In this document: piece by piece, positions 10,240-21,507 of the stretch | How the letters are laid out: each line of letters starts with the position of its first letter | Numbering within the stretch: position 1 is the first letter of the stretch | Source: Octopus bimaculoides | Taxonomy: Eukaryota | Reading direction: 5' to 3' | DNA: 42,482 nucleotides | NCBI RefSeq assembly: GCF_001194135.2 | Contig: NC_068987.1 | Coordinates: 43,952,205-43,994,686 of the forward strand | Notes under the pieces: generated by a model | What the model was told of the DNA's origin: nothing | The model's input: the letters and a program-made list of their open reading frames with translations, nothing else | Database searches by the model: none | Position numbers and translations under genes: made by a program

Positions 10240-10942
10240 CCACAATATCATGAAATGAAATGCTGGTAGAATGTACCAGTGAAGACCCCAATAAAATGTA
10301 AGCACAAAAAGCCTGATATAATGATTAGGGATAGAGAAGAGTAACTGTACAGAGTTGTAGAAATTAGCTGCCCAGCGGATGTTAACATAAAGCTGAAGAT
10401 GAGTGAAAAAGCGAACACCTATGCTGAACTACTGAAAAATTTACAGTTACTTTATTCAGATTATTAGTTCAGGTTTATACCTGTAATTATTGGGGCCCTT
10501 GGATATGTAACACACTGCCTAAATACCAAGCTTGAGAAATTAGGCTTCTCAGAACCAGAAAGGAGAAAGCTAATTCGAAGGATACAGATCCAACCCATCA
10601 TTAGAACTGTAAAAATCTGTAAAACTTACCAGAAGTTTATCATTTAAATATATATATGAGCATATCTAGATATGTAACTCTATGCATGAGAATACATACA
10701 TAAAACATACATACATGCATNNNNNNNNNNTATCTAGATATGTAACTCTATGCATGAGAATACATACATAAAACATACATACATGCATGCGTACGTACGT
10801 ACATACATACATACATACATACATGCTTACATATAAAAATACCCTGTTGTTGATGTTGAAATTCCAATGAAGGAAGCTTGGATTTAGGTTAGAAACCGGT
10901 TTTTTCTCTATTGGTAAGAAATCTTGAAATAAACTGAATAAT
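10240..10942 (+). mobile_element. Third R4-like LINE 3' remnant (RLE domain plus 3' UTR containing TACA repeats)
   Basis: KHKKPDIMIRDRE, VVEISCPADVNI, FIPVIIGALG, IQIQPIIRTVKICKTYQKFII* (~10647). The extent of the 3' UTR is inferred. Confidence 0.8.
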
Positions 10943-10954
10943 GACATACATGCA

Positions 10955-11312
10955 TACTCAAGAAATGAAGAAGAATGCTGTTATTGTGGTAATAAAGGTT
11001 GAGCACAGAGATTTAGAAATATCTCGATATTTTAAAGTTGCCAGATCTTTCGTCTACAAAGTTTGTAAGGAGCTAGAAACTGAAGATGGAAATGTATCAC
11101 CAGTATCAAAGCAGAAAAAGCATTTTAAACGCTCTGAAATCATCAGAACACCTGAATTTATCCAGCAAGTTCAACAGACCATTCATTACAATCCCAGAAA
11201 GTCCATGAGGTCAATTGCAAAAGATATCCATGTGTCAGAAGGAACAGTCAGAAATGTTGTCCACTAAGACATCAGATATAAGTCTTATATGATGAGCAAA
11301 AGACAGTTTGTC

Positions 11313-11343
<31 letters not shown>

Positions 11344-12090
11344 AAAATCACTACATCAGATCTAAACGGCTCTTAAACAAACTGAAAAATCTAGCAGAAG
11401 GAGATTAGAAAAACTTCGACCAAGATCAAAAAGTTAACAGAAGAAATGACACATGGTTAAGTGTAGCCCCTTCTGAAGTTTCAAGTGTTATGCATACAAA
11501 CTTTCCTGCAACTGTCAAGGTTTAGGGTTGTCAACAATGAAGGACATGTAATGCTTCCTTACTTCTTTCCATTAAGCTTTAGAGTAACTGCCACCTACAT
11601 TGAGATCCCGGAACTAATTGTTAAGCCCTGGATAGACAGTGTATACAATGGAAGGCCATATGTGTTTCAGTAAGACTCTGCACTATCACAGCTGACTCTA
11701 GCAATACAGGAATGGTTGGCTGAAAATTTTAATTATCACATATCTCCTAACATTTGGCCTCCTAATTCCCCAAATCGCAAACCATTGGACTCTTACATAT
11801 GGAGAGAGGTCAGTGAACACGCCTATAACACCAAAGATTCTTTGAAAGCTGTCATAGTCAGAGCGATATCCAAAATGAACCAGGATCACCTGATTCGAGC
11901 ATGTAAATGATTTAGATCTCATATAGAAGCAGTTGTTGAAGCTGAAGGTGGCTTTCTTGAATTACATTATAGAAAAGAAGGTTTATTTTTATCCTCATGG
12001 CATTTTTTTGATAAATAAAGTTATTATCTGTTATTATATATCTGTTTTTTTATAAACATAAATCTGTCCTCAAATATCTTACGCACCCTG
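10955..12090 (+). mobile_element. DD37D (maT-type) Tc1/mariner transposon, defective, left end missing
   Basis: HTH region SMRSIAKDIHVSEGTVRNVVH. From FQ*DSA to WPPNSPNRKPLD there are 37 residues between the 2nd and 3rd D. Probable right TIR AAATCTGTCCTCAAATATCTTACGCACCCTG ends at 12090. A poly-A expansion lies at ~11323-11347. Confidence 0.9.
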
Positions 12091-12269
12091 TGTACATATG
12101 CCTTATGTATGCATTGCACTTCATGATATAACCTTCTCTTATTCGTGTTTGCATAAATTTATACTCAAATAAGTTAAAATGCGTGACCTATTTGACTTCG
12201 AAATTATTGGATCTTGTTTTTGCTTCAAGTGGTGCCGTCTCTTAAATTATGCTAGCATTCTTAAACCAA

Positions 12270-13182
12270 AGTAAAACCAGCTCTGGCAAATATAATTCTA
12301 CATGGAAGGCAAAGCTCACAGAGAGGAACCACAAAATAGAAACACGTATTAGATCTAGAAAGCATTGAACTCCGGCAGGAGAGTTAAAACAATACTTTGC
12401 CAAGTCTATGTCAATCAAAACTGTTTGTCGTGAGCTCCATAAAGTTGGATAGTATGTGAGTATGATAAGACAATTGCCAAACCTCTCCTATTCCTTATGA
12501 ACATTGATAAACGGAGGGAGATGGTGTCTAGACAATCAGAAGTGGTCAATGGCTCAAAGGAACAATTATCTCTGATCTATCATCATTCACCGCTTTTTCC
12601 ACATTGGGGCGAATTTATATCGGAGATAGCTCAAAGAAGCCTTCAACATTGACGGTTGACTTTATCGGGAATCATGGAGATGGCTCTATGATGATTTGGA
12701 CAAGCATATCATGGAATTCTCTTGGATTTTTAGTTGTACTACATGATAGAGTTAATGCCAAGGATTATCTGAGTATTTTAGTTAATAATGCCCATCAATT
12801 AGTACAGACATTGTTCCCTAATGGTAGCACAACCTTCCAAGATTATAATGTCTGGATTCACATGGCTAATGTTATTCAAAACCGGTATGAAGTGTATGAA
12901 AGTGTAAAAGTGACGTAGATAATTTAGATTGACTCCCCACAATCAATGGATCTCAATATAATCGAACATTTATGGTACTTGTTGGAGCAAAAGGTGAGGA
13001 CCCATTTCCCGTTGCCGTCGTTGCCGTGAGAGCTAATGCAGGTTCTACTTGTAGAATGGCTCAAAATCCCCTAATAACCATTCGGAATCTATACATATCA
13101 ATTCCTCAGCGTATTAAAGGGGACCAAATTAAATATAAAACTTCCATTTAAGGTTATATCATTATTTTGCCCAACTCATATA
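12270..13182 (+). mobile_element. Degenerate Tc1-like transposon
   Basis: HGDGSMMIWTSISW, VNAKDYLSIL, TFQDYN, PQSMDLNIIEHLW. Probable right end ATTATTTTGCCCAACTCA-TA. Confidence 0.8.
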
Positions 13183-13189
13183 TCTACAT

Positions 13190-13452
13190 ACGTATGCGTG
13201 TATGTATGTATGTATGTATGTATGTATGTATGTATGTATGTATGTATGTATGTATGTATGTATGTATGTATGTATTTATGTATGCATGTATGTATGCATG
13301 CATGCATGTATGTATGTATGTACGTACGTATGCATGCATGCATGTATGTATGTATGTATGTATGCGTGTCTATGTATGTTACATACATATAAAGTACATA
13401 CAAACATACAGATATATATAAGTATACAAACGTATATATATATATATATATA
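13190..13452. repeat. (TATG)n/(TA)n microsatellite
   Basis: Direct reading. Confidence 0.95.
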
Positions 13453-13692
13453 TCCCACAAATATATCACTAAAACGCTCCGTGTTTTATATTGTGGTTTT
13501 ATATGTATCAATTCTTGCAAGTGAAATTAGGGCTGCATTTATCATATTTGTACATAATAAATTCTAATATGCCTGCAACGTCCCCAGTGATGTCCTCAAC
13601 AATAGTCGTCATTATATCACCCAGATACAGCCAAACTGAATATGTGTTTTTAAAGAGACGGTATTTTTCTCCACATTTGTTTATATGTATAA

Positions 13693-15745
13693 CAAGCAGA
13701 AGGATCCGGTTTCACTCGGGTTATAAACTCATAGCCTTAACACAGTAATCTTTGCTTGTAGTGTAATATTGGGGTATTTCTCAGAATACAAGTGTTAAAA
13801 GTTGTTTACTTTTAACACTCAATGGTTTTACACTTCTGTACATTACATGTACATACTATTCATGTAAGTGCTTCTTCATATATTGTTTTATGTCTTGCCA
13901 TGTTTATTACTGAGAATGTAGAGGTTATTTTCATCTCCAACTCTGGAACATCCAACATACAGCTGACCACGTAAAAAGCATGGTTCAAGGAGGTTAAGTC
14001 CCACCACCTTTAGAGATTGACTTTGTGCTTTATTGATAGACATTGCAAATCTCAGTTTGATTGGAAACTACTTTCTCTTGAACTGAAAGGGGAGATCATT
14101 TGAGATGAGAGAGAACACATCATATTGCTTGTAATTATTGTTGCTTCCAACACATGGGGCATGGCTATTTTAATAACCATCCTTGTTCCATTGCAGAGTC
14201 TGGGTGCATCAAGTTTTCTTAACAGCAGTATGGGGGAATCTGTTTTCATGATCAGAAAGTGTGGCGGAAATCCTGGTGGTTGAAGTGAATTGAGGAACTC
14301 CACTGGGTAATGCGTTGCCTGTTCTTGATCAGGGACAGAGTCAACTTATCTGTATGAACATTCGGTTCCTGGAAGCTGAGGCAACAAATTTAGATTGAGC
14401 TTGTCTATAGCATCATTCCTTGGTGCCAGAATTGTTTTTTCACATAGCCACTCGTGACTTTTGTAGTTTGTGGCAATGTTTGGAAAGATCTTGCTCAAGG
14501 GAGGTAGTCATATTGCCACATGGGAGGTGGTGCAGACTATCTTCTGGATCCTGTGGAAGTTTTCCCTTTTCAGTGTCAAGTAACTTCTTGGAGAACTCTG
14601 CAGCTAATGGATCACCATGAATGTGAGCCCTCCTGTTAGTTGTCAGAGTTAGCTTCTTGACATGTTGCTAGATATATGAGGACTTGATGCAAGCTCTCAG
14701 CACATCAACCCTTGTTCCTCTGGAAATGACAGGCAGAGTTTGCTTGTAGTCACCAGCCATGAGTAGAGTGACACCACCCATGATCTTATTGTTTCTGAAG
14801 TTTTGTAGTGTTCTATCAAGAGCTTCAAAGGCTGCCTTATGGGACATTGTTGCCTCATTCCAGACGATCTGTAAGGAGCTTTTCTAACGCTGTATTCTTC
14901 GCTATGTTGCATAATGGAGATTCATTTTGGATCAGGTTCAGAGGCAGCTTGAATGTTGAATGGGCTGTTCTTCCACATGTTAGGAGTGTGGCTGCAGTTC
15001 CAGAGGATGCAGCAGCCGGACCACTCTTCTTCTTCTGTCTCACCTTGGCAAGGAGCAGGTTGATCAATAATATATTTTCTGTGCCTCCAGAGGCATCTAA
15101 GAAGAAGACCCCATCAGTGTCATTGTCCACAGATGTCAGAACTTTCCAGTATACCTCTTTTAATCCTGTACCAGAAGTGAAGTGATTCCTTCTCATTGAC
15201 AACTGCTTATGAACTTTCCATGTTGTATGATGTTTACATGATTATCTCTTGTGTTAATCTGTGTTGAACATCTCTTACATGAGCTGGAAGACCATAGAAT
15301 TCAAGTTTGTTTCCACCCAGTGATCGAATCTTGTTCTCTATTAGCCTTAATAGTTCATTGAAGATGTGACATCACCCTGATACTGATATTGAATTCTTTA
15401 AAGAATGTCTTCACAAAGCCCCTACTTGCATTTGTACCAAAGTTGTTTCGGATTTGACAACCCACAGTTCACCAGCATTATGGATACGAGGCTTCTCAGC
15501 TGCATAGGTGAATTGCACATTTGTGCCTCTCTCAGAGTGGCATCTCAGTGTGTATCATCTTCCAGAAGACCTCTGAGATGGCAAGCCTGGTAATATGATA
15601 GACATACCGTATTGTCAACCGTACGTAAGGCAGTAAATGATGTGGGTCTCTTGACATGGTGTAACAGAAGCCTTAGATAGTAGCACTCTGGGTAGTTGGG
15701 ATGAACACTGGAGAAAAATTTGACACCTTCCTTCTAGGCATGGTT
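13693..15745 (-). mobile_element. Helitron RepHel remnant (PIF1-type helicase part) with a probable 3' terminus
   Basis: VHPNYPECYYLRLLLHHVKRPTSF, FFLDASGGT (Walker A region), ASSGTAATLL..GRTAHSTFKLPL, EFLNSLQPPGFPPH, RLCNGTR, FAMSINKAQ, GQLYVGCSRV. Minus-strand 3' end: CCCGAGTGAAACCGG hairpin then CTTG|T (CTRR-like) at 13693. Confidence 0.9.
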
Positions 15746-15799
15746 ATTAACGGATACAGAAATACACCGGTATAGTAGCTGTAATAACTTTTTTGGTAC

Positions 15800-15981
15800 A
15801 AGAAATCGTTATATTTCTATGAGTAACGTGAAAGGTAATATTTTCAAGCAAATATATAAAGCTGTGGCGTTCATGTATTTTCCCCAGGAACCCCAAAACA
15901 AATGCGATTGAAATGGAATAGAAGCGGTTGAAATGTAAATATTCATCAACGGCGTATTGTATACATGTATACATAACAACG

Positions 15982-16043
<62 letters not shown>

Positions 16044-16497
16044 CAGATGCGACTGAAATGAAATAGAAGTGGTTAATTAGACAGAGAGATAGATAGTAAC
16101 AGAAGTCTTTAGAAGAAAGATAAAAATCCTTAGAAGAATGTTTCTATGAGGAACGTGAAGAGTGAAAGCAATATTGCTTATTTAATAGAAAAAATTAAGA
16201 TCATATTATTGTATCCCTGGTGAAATTATTCATGTACCCAATATATATAGATAGAGAGATAGAGAGATATAGATTTAGATAGATAGAGATATAGATAGTA
16301 ACAGAAATCTTTAGAAGAATGTTTCTATGAGGAGCGTGAATATTAAGATTTTCGAGCTAAAAATATATAGGAAGCTGTGACGTTCATGTATTTTCCCCAG
16401 GAACCAAAACAACAATGCGACTGAAATGAAATAGAATCGGCTATAGTGTAAATATTCATCAACGGCGGACTGCATACATAACGGCGTATTGTATACA

Positions 16498-16500
<3 letters not shown>
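15800..16500. repeat. Local degenerate tandem duplications interleaved with (GATA)n
   Basis: GCTGTG.CGTTCATGTATTTTCCCCAGGAACC...CAACGGCG occurs at ~15860-15970 and ~16373-16495. AGAAGAATGTTTCTATGAGGA.CGTGAA occurs at ~16132 and ~16313. Confidence 0.8.
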
Positions 16501-16546
<46 letters not shown>

Positions 16547-16779
16547 GTTAGCTACAGTTGCTACGTCAGTACCGAAAGTTGACATTGGAAAACCTTTTTA
16601 AAGAAGTGAATCATACATATAAAGCAATATTATTTTTTTTTAATAAGAAGATAAAATGAAGAGCCTTTTATGTATCTGAAGTTAAATTATTCATGCATCC
16701 CAAGTATGGAACGAAATCGCGCAGCTGTTTTCACGTGAAAAGAAAACACTCACACACAGGTCTATTTTATATATTAATT

Positions 16780-16990
16780 CTTTATTGCCTACAACGGGCT
16801 AAACATAGAGGGGACAAACATGGACAGACAAAGGGATTAAGTCGATTACATCGACCCCAGTGCGTAACTGGTACTTATTTAATCGACCCCGAAAGGATGA
16901 AAGGCAAAGTCGACCTCGGCAGAATTTGAACTCAGAACATAAAGATAGACGAAATACCGTTAAGCATTTTGCCCGGCGTGCTAACGATAA
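16780..16990 (-). mobile_element. SINE family B (same subfamily as 4662-4894)
   Basis: Reverse complement of the 4662 copy, including the TGTCCTTGTTTGTCCCCTCTATGTTTAGCCC-type tail. Confidence 0.9.
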
Positions 16991-17003
16991 ATGAATAAAT
17001 ATG

Positions 17004-17375
17004 GTTGTGTAATCACTTTGCGACCACGTGGCAAGTGTTTTCTATTAAAGCCCCGGATCGACTAATGTCCTATGATTCAATTTGGTGGGCGGAAACTGTG
17101 TGGAAGACTTCATGTATATTTATATATATTGAGAGGTGGGGTGAGTGTGAATGCATGTATGTATGTGTACGTGTCTATGTTCGTAATCTCCACACCACCA
17201 CTTGACAGTTGGTGTTAGTTTGTTTACGTCCCAGTGAATTAACGACTCAGAAAAAGAGACCAATAGAATAAGTGAAGAACTGTGATCTATCTGTTCGACT
17301 AAACTCATCAAGGCGGTGACCTAGCATGGCCGCAGTCCAATGACTGAAACAAATAAAAGATAAAAGAAAATAAAT
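17004..17375 (+). mobile_element. Composite SINE family A (head, central microsatellite, tail)
   Basis: Degenerate head with GGCAAGTGTTTTCT, a (GT/TATG) middle, and tail CTAGCATGGCCGCAGTCCAATGACTGAAACAAATAAAAGATAAAAGA. Confidence 0.75.
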
Positions 17376-18039
17376 AAATAAAAAGATTTACAGCCAGATT
17401 AAATGTTTGTTTCTTTTTTAAGAAACAGTCATTCTATACATATTCTTTTATATGGCATATAAATTTGTCTGTATATAACACCAGGGTTTAGAAAATAAAA
17501 TGCTGTTTTTCATTTTAATTTCTTGTGTTCTTGTGTTCTGGCGAGGGTTTTTTCCATTCGCTTTTGTCTAGTGAAATATCAATAGAAGAGTCCAGAAAAA
17601 AGGAGAAAAGAAATAATGGAGAAAGTTCATTATTTTTTTTTCTTTTACATTTCCAATTGAAATTCTTGTAAATAATTAATTATTTGTGTTATATCTGAAA
17701 TTCTTCAACCAAATCGCTGCCTGTTAACTCGTTCTGGGATGCCATAACACGTAGAAGATTTTAAAATAACTCAATGGTAGAATGGTGTTATTTATGCAAG
17801 GACATGTCGAATGGCACAAAAGAGAAGTAGGAAAATTCTGAATGGATTTCAGTGATAGTTTTAAATAAAACAAAAAACAAAGTAAAGAAAAAAGGAACTC
17901 TATTCTTTCATGGTTAAAAGTATGGTAATATGACTTTCGAACCTGCTACCAAAATATTCTAATAATTATAGACACAGACACTTTCTCGACCCACCCGACC
18001 TTGATCCATCGAAACACCCGAGATTAGGTTACTGGAGAG

Positions 18040-18140
18040 AGAGATAAATAGATAGATAGATAGACAGATAGAGAGAGAGAGAGAAAGAGAGAGAGGGAGA
18101 AAGAATGAAAGAGAAAGAGAAAGAGAGTGAGAGAGAAGAC
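18040..18140. repeat. (GATA)/(GA) microsatellite
   Basis: Direct reading. Confidence 0.9.
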
Positions 18141-18152
18141 TGCTCTAGTACT

Positions 18153-18288
18153 AGTACAGCTGAATAAACTCGAGCAACATGGAATAGAGTGCCTTGCTCA
18201 AAGACATAACATATCGCCCAGTGCAGGACTCGAATCTACGCCTTATGAGCAAAAGTATGATACACTCTTCTAGGTCACACCCGCTTGC
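18153..18288 (-). mobile_element. SINE family C head fragment
   Basis: Minus strand: B-box GATTCGAGTCC, then TTGAGCAAGGCACT..TTCCATGTTGCTCGAGTTTATTCAGCTGTA. Homologous to 19735. Confidence 0.75.
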
Positions 18289-18452
18289 AAATAGCGGTAA
18301 CAGTTCTGCCAAAAAAACAAAACAAAACAAAAAAAAACACTCGTTCCTATCACCACAATCAGGACACTCCATTGCTATTGCAACATAGCTTCCAGGCACT
18401 TGATGATCGTGATCAAAACTAAACAGAGCAATAATAGTCAAGCACTTATTGG

Positions 18453-18509
18453 TACCCTACCAACATGGTATTACCCTACCATTATGGTATCACCCTACCA
18501 ATATGGTAT
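18453..18509. repeat. 19-bp x3 tandem repeat with an internal palindrome
   Basis: TACCCTACCAACATGGTAT / TACCCTACCATTATGGTAT / CACCCTACCAATATGGTAT. Confidence 0.9.
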
Positions 18510-18559
18510 TACTTTAAGTTCAGTTTAAATGAAAAGCTTGTAAGTTAAAATTTTGGGGT

Positions 18560-18792
18560 TTCTTTTAAAATTTGAATTTTCAACTAACAAAACCTCATCT
18601 AGACCTGATCTCAATGCTAGATGTTCCAAAACCGAAAGGAGGGCAGATTTTCAATCCCGAGATCATCCTGATTCCAAAACTGCATAATATGTCTATGTAG
18701 AGCGAATGTAGACTGAGATATCGGGGTTCCGGACGGACAGACGGACGAACAGGCGGACGGACTGACAGAGACAAAATTTCGCGTTTATTATA
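18560..18792. mobile_element. Possible non-autonomous Helentron/DINE-1-like element end
   Basis: (GGAC/AGAC)n tract CGGACGGACAGACGGACG...GACAGAGACAAAATTTCGCGTTTATTATA near an AT terminus. This arrangement is typical of HINE/DINE-1 elements. Confidence 0.35.
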
Positions 18793-19506
18793 AAAAAAAC
18801 TATCTCTGAAAGAACAAAAGATAGATATCCACAACTGAAACATTTCTTAGTTATACTTGTGCTGAATCAAGGTTAACCTCGGGTTAAACGGCATGCTAAA
18901 GAACATAAAGTATAACCAGTCATTACATTCAATATAGCATAAAAAGATAAAAAAGATTTTAAAAAAAGAAAAGAAAGAGAAAAGTAGTCACAGGGTAGGA
19001 AGACCGTTGCTGAGAGGTCTATTCGATCAGACCAAATTCTTTGATTTAATTATTCATGTTTTCTGAGTATCCTCGTGTTAAATATTTATGCGAACTCGGG
19101 ACCCCAATGCTGAATTCTGCACGTCTTCAGTTATGTTCTACTCATTGATAACACAATATCATATAAATATTTTAATGGTGACAAAAACTGTTTGGAAAAT
19201 ATAATCAAAATATTAGTATTATACTGGGGTTCCGTAGTAAATTCTAAGTAAAATAACGATCCTTCAAAACATCCAGCACCCCTTATAGCTCCGCATGGTA
19301 TTTGATATTTTCTGGCCCTTCGTGAGCTCACAACGTCCCGAAGGAGCTGCTACTGTCCAAAGCCAAAACTATTGACCTATAAAATAATTCACGAAAAACA
19401 CGCGAATTGTCTGAGATCGTAAACTGAGCCATCTTGTGGTTGGGAGGTTTGGAAGGCGTTGATTAAAATATGCAATGTAAGTTCAATTTCAAGTATGGAG
19501 CCCTCA

Positions 19507-19710
19507 AGGTAGCAGGCTGATAAAATCGTTAGCGCATCGGACAAAATGCTTAGTAGCATTTCTTCCGGGTTTTTTTACCTTCTGAGCTCAAATTACCTTT
19601 CATCCTTTCGGGGTTGATAAAATAAAGTATCAGTCAAGTCCAAGGTTCGGTGTAATTGAATTTCCACGCCCCTCAAAATTGCTGGCCTTGTGCCAGAATA
19701 AAAACAATTA
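19507..19710 (+). mobile_element. Diverged SINE family B
   Basis: CGTTAGCGCATCGGACAAAATGCTTAG...CCTTTCATCCTTTCGGGGTTGATAAAAT...AAATTGCTGGCCTTGTGCC. Confidence 0.85.
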
Positions 19711-19734
19711 TAGGATCCTTATTCTAAAAGGATG

Positions 19735-20033
19735 AAGGCGCATGGCTCAGTGGCTAGAGCGTCGAGCTTACGATCGCGAGGTTGTGAGTTGAGCAAGACA
19801 CTTTATTTCACGTTGCTCCAGTTTACTCAGCTGTAGAAATGAGTTGTGACGTCACAGGTGCCAAGCTGCATCGGCCTTTGTCTTTCCCTTGGATAACACT
19901 GGTGGCGTGGATAGGGGAGACGGTATGCATGGGCGACTGCTGGTCTTCAATAAACAACCTTGCCCAGACTTGTGCCTCGGAGGGTAACTTTCTAGGTGCA
20001 ATCTCATGGTCAGTCATGACTGAAAGGGGTCTC
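19735..20033 (+). mobile_element. SINE family C, B-box region deleted
   Basis: GGCGCATGGCTCAGTGGCTAGAGCG head, GAGCAAGACACTTTATTTCACGTTGCTCCAG, tail ...CATGACTGAAAGGGGTCTC. Confidence 0.85.
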
Positions 20034-20049
20034 AACATTCTAAAAGAGA

Positions 20050-21300
20050 AAAAAACAGTCATAATACTAAAATGTTCATACTTCAATCTAGTTTACCTTT
20101 ACAGCAATGTTGGAATTATTTTGACTGTTCTCATTCCAGGAGCAAATTTCACAGCAACTGTAGTCAGATTTAAATCAGATTAAGTTCTTCGTTTTAGGGA
20201 AGCACAACCATAGAATTTAATCAATCCTGTGTCATTCTTGATCGAAGACTAGTTTTTTTGTTTATTGTTTGACTAGGGAAAATGTTGGTACAGTTGTAGC
20301 AAATATTGCAGCAATTATCAGTAACACTTGGCAAATGGTCTATAAAATAAATTATTATGTCTATGCCTTAGAACATACCGTAATGGTCTTTAGTTAACAA
20401 CGATAGTATAACTTTCTCAATATTTATTGATGATTTTCCTTCCGTGTCTTCTGAGTTAAAATGTGTGTCTGCCTTTCACACGTTATCATAACAGACGATG
20501 TCTAGTGAATTCCCATGCTTTACATATTTTAAAATTTATTTGATAATTTCAGTAATCCTCTGATCTTAAGTTGTAGATATTTTAGCTGTTTGAAGTAATT
20601 TTGATATATTGTCTGAATACGAGAACAAGATCTAGTTCAAAGAGTAAATTATATGTTTTAATTTGATTCTAACATCCAATTTTATGTCTCTGAACATCAG
20701 CAATCAATTTGTGAACTGTGCAAATTCTTGCAAACACTCAAGGAGGACTAAATAATTAATAGTAATTATCGAGAATATATTGAAACCGATCAGTATGTGC
20801 AACTAATCTAGTTATATTGAAAATTAAAATACCACCAGGCATCAATTTGCTTTTAGACGCTTCAATATAATCTTTTTACAACTCATCTAGCAAATTCTTT
20901 ATCTTTGGTGAATACTCCATTAGAGTAACAATATCCTTACTGTTATTCCTCACATCAGAAAGTTTATTTCATGGCATCTAGTTTCTTTCATGCTCAGACT
21001 TGAAGAATGTATTTGACAATGTGTTGCTAAAGTCTTCAATTGAAGTTTTTTCCAAATATTTGACCATTTCTGATTTTTTTCCAAAGTATGTTGTTTGCTC
21101 CGTCAAACCATATACTTCTCTAGTTGCATAAACGTAGTCGCAATTTTTGTTAGCAAATTTATGATAACTGGAAATATTGTTGAAATGTTTATGTCTGGCA
21201 AACAATAAAAACAAAAGTTTCTTCATTGAATAACCAAGCGAAAGTATAACGTAAGTAACTTTTTGATATATCACATCAATAATAACTAAACAAAAAAGTT
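20050..21300 (-). pseudogene. Long degenerate non-TE coding-like remnant, identity uncertain
   Basis: The 98-codon ORF 20978-21274 continues near in-frame through scattered stops (KDYIEASKSKLMPGGILIFN, LLECLQEF, RITEIIK*ILKY, VILSLLTKDHY..F*GIDII). Resemblance to TRPM MHR3 is weak and by eye only. Confidence 0.3.
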
Positions 21301-21507
21301 TGAACCTCTTCTACCAAGTAAAACTCACATAATCAAGTCAGCTTTTATAGAATAGCGTTCATTTAAAAAATACTTCGTCTGTTGACTGCTACTAAAAAAT
21401 CCAGTTATGAACAAAAATAAAGCAAACAAAAAAACCTACATTTTGCCAGCAAAAATTCGATATCATAATTATATAATCCTGACTTATTAAGTTTCCTTAA
21501 CCCTTTT

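Noticed and set aside
10666-10790. Exact ~55-bp direct repeat on both sides of a 10-N gap
   Set aside because: Typical unmerged contig overlap, not a biological duplication.
18453-18509. CRISPR-like palindromic repeats
   Set aside because: The units are contiguous with no spacers, there are no cas genes, and the context is eukaryotic.
19130-19380. Minus-strand LALDSSSSFG resembling a vWA MIDAS motif
   Set aside because: Frequent stops and no downstream vWA landmarks. Chance is likely.
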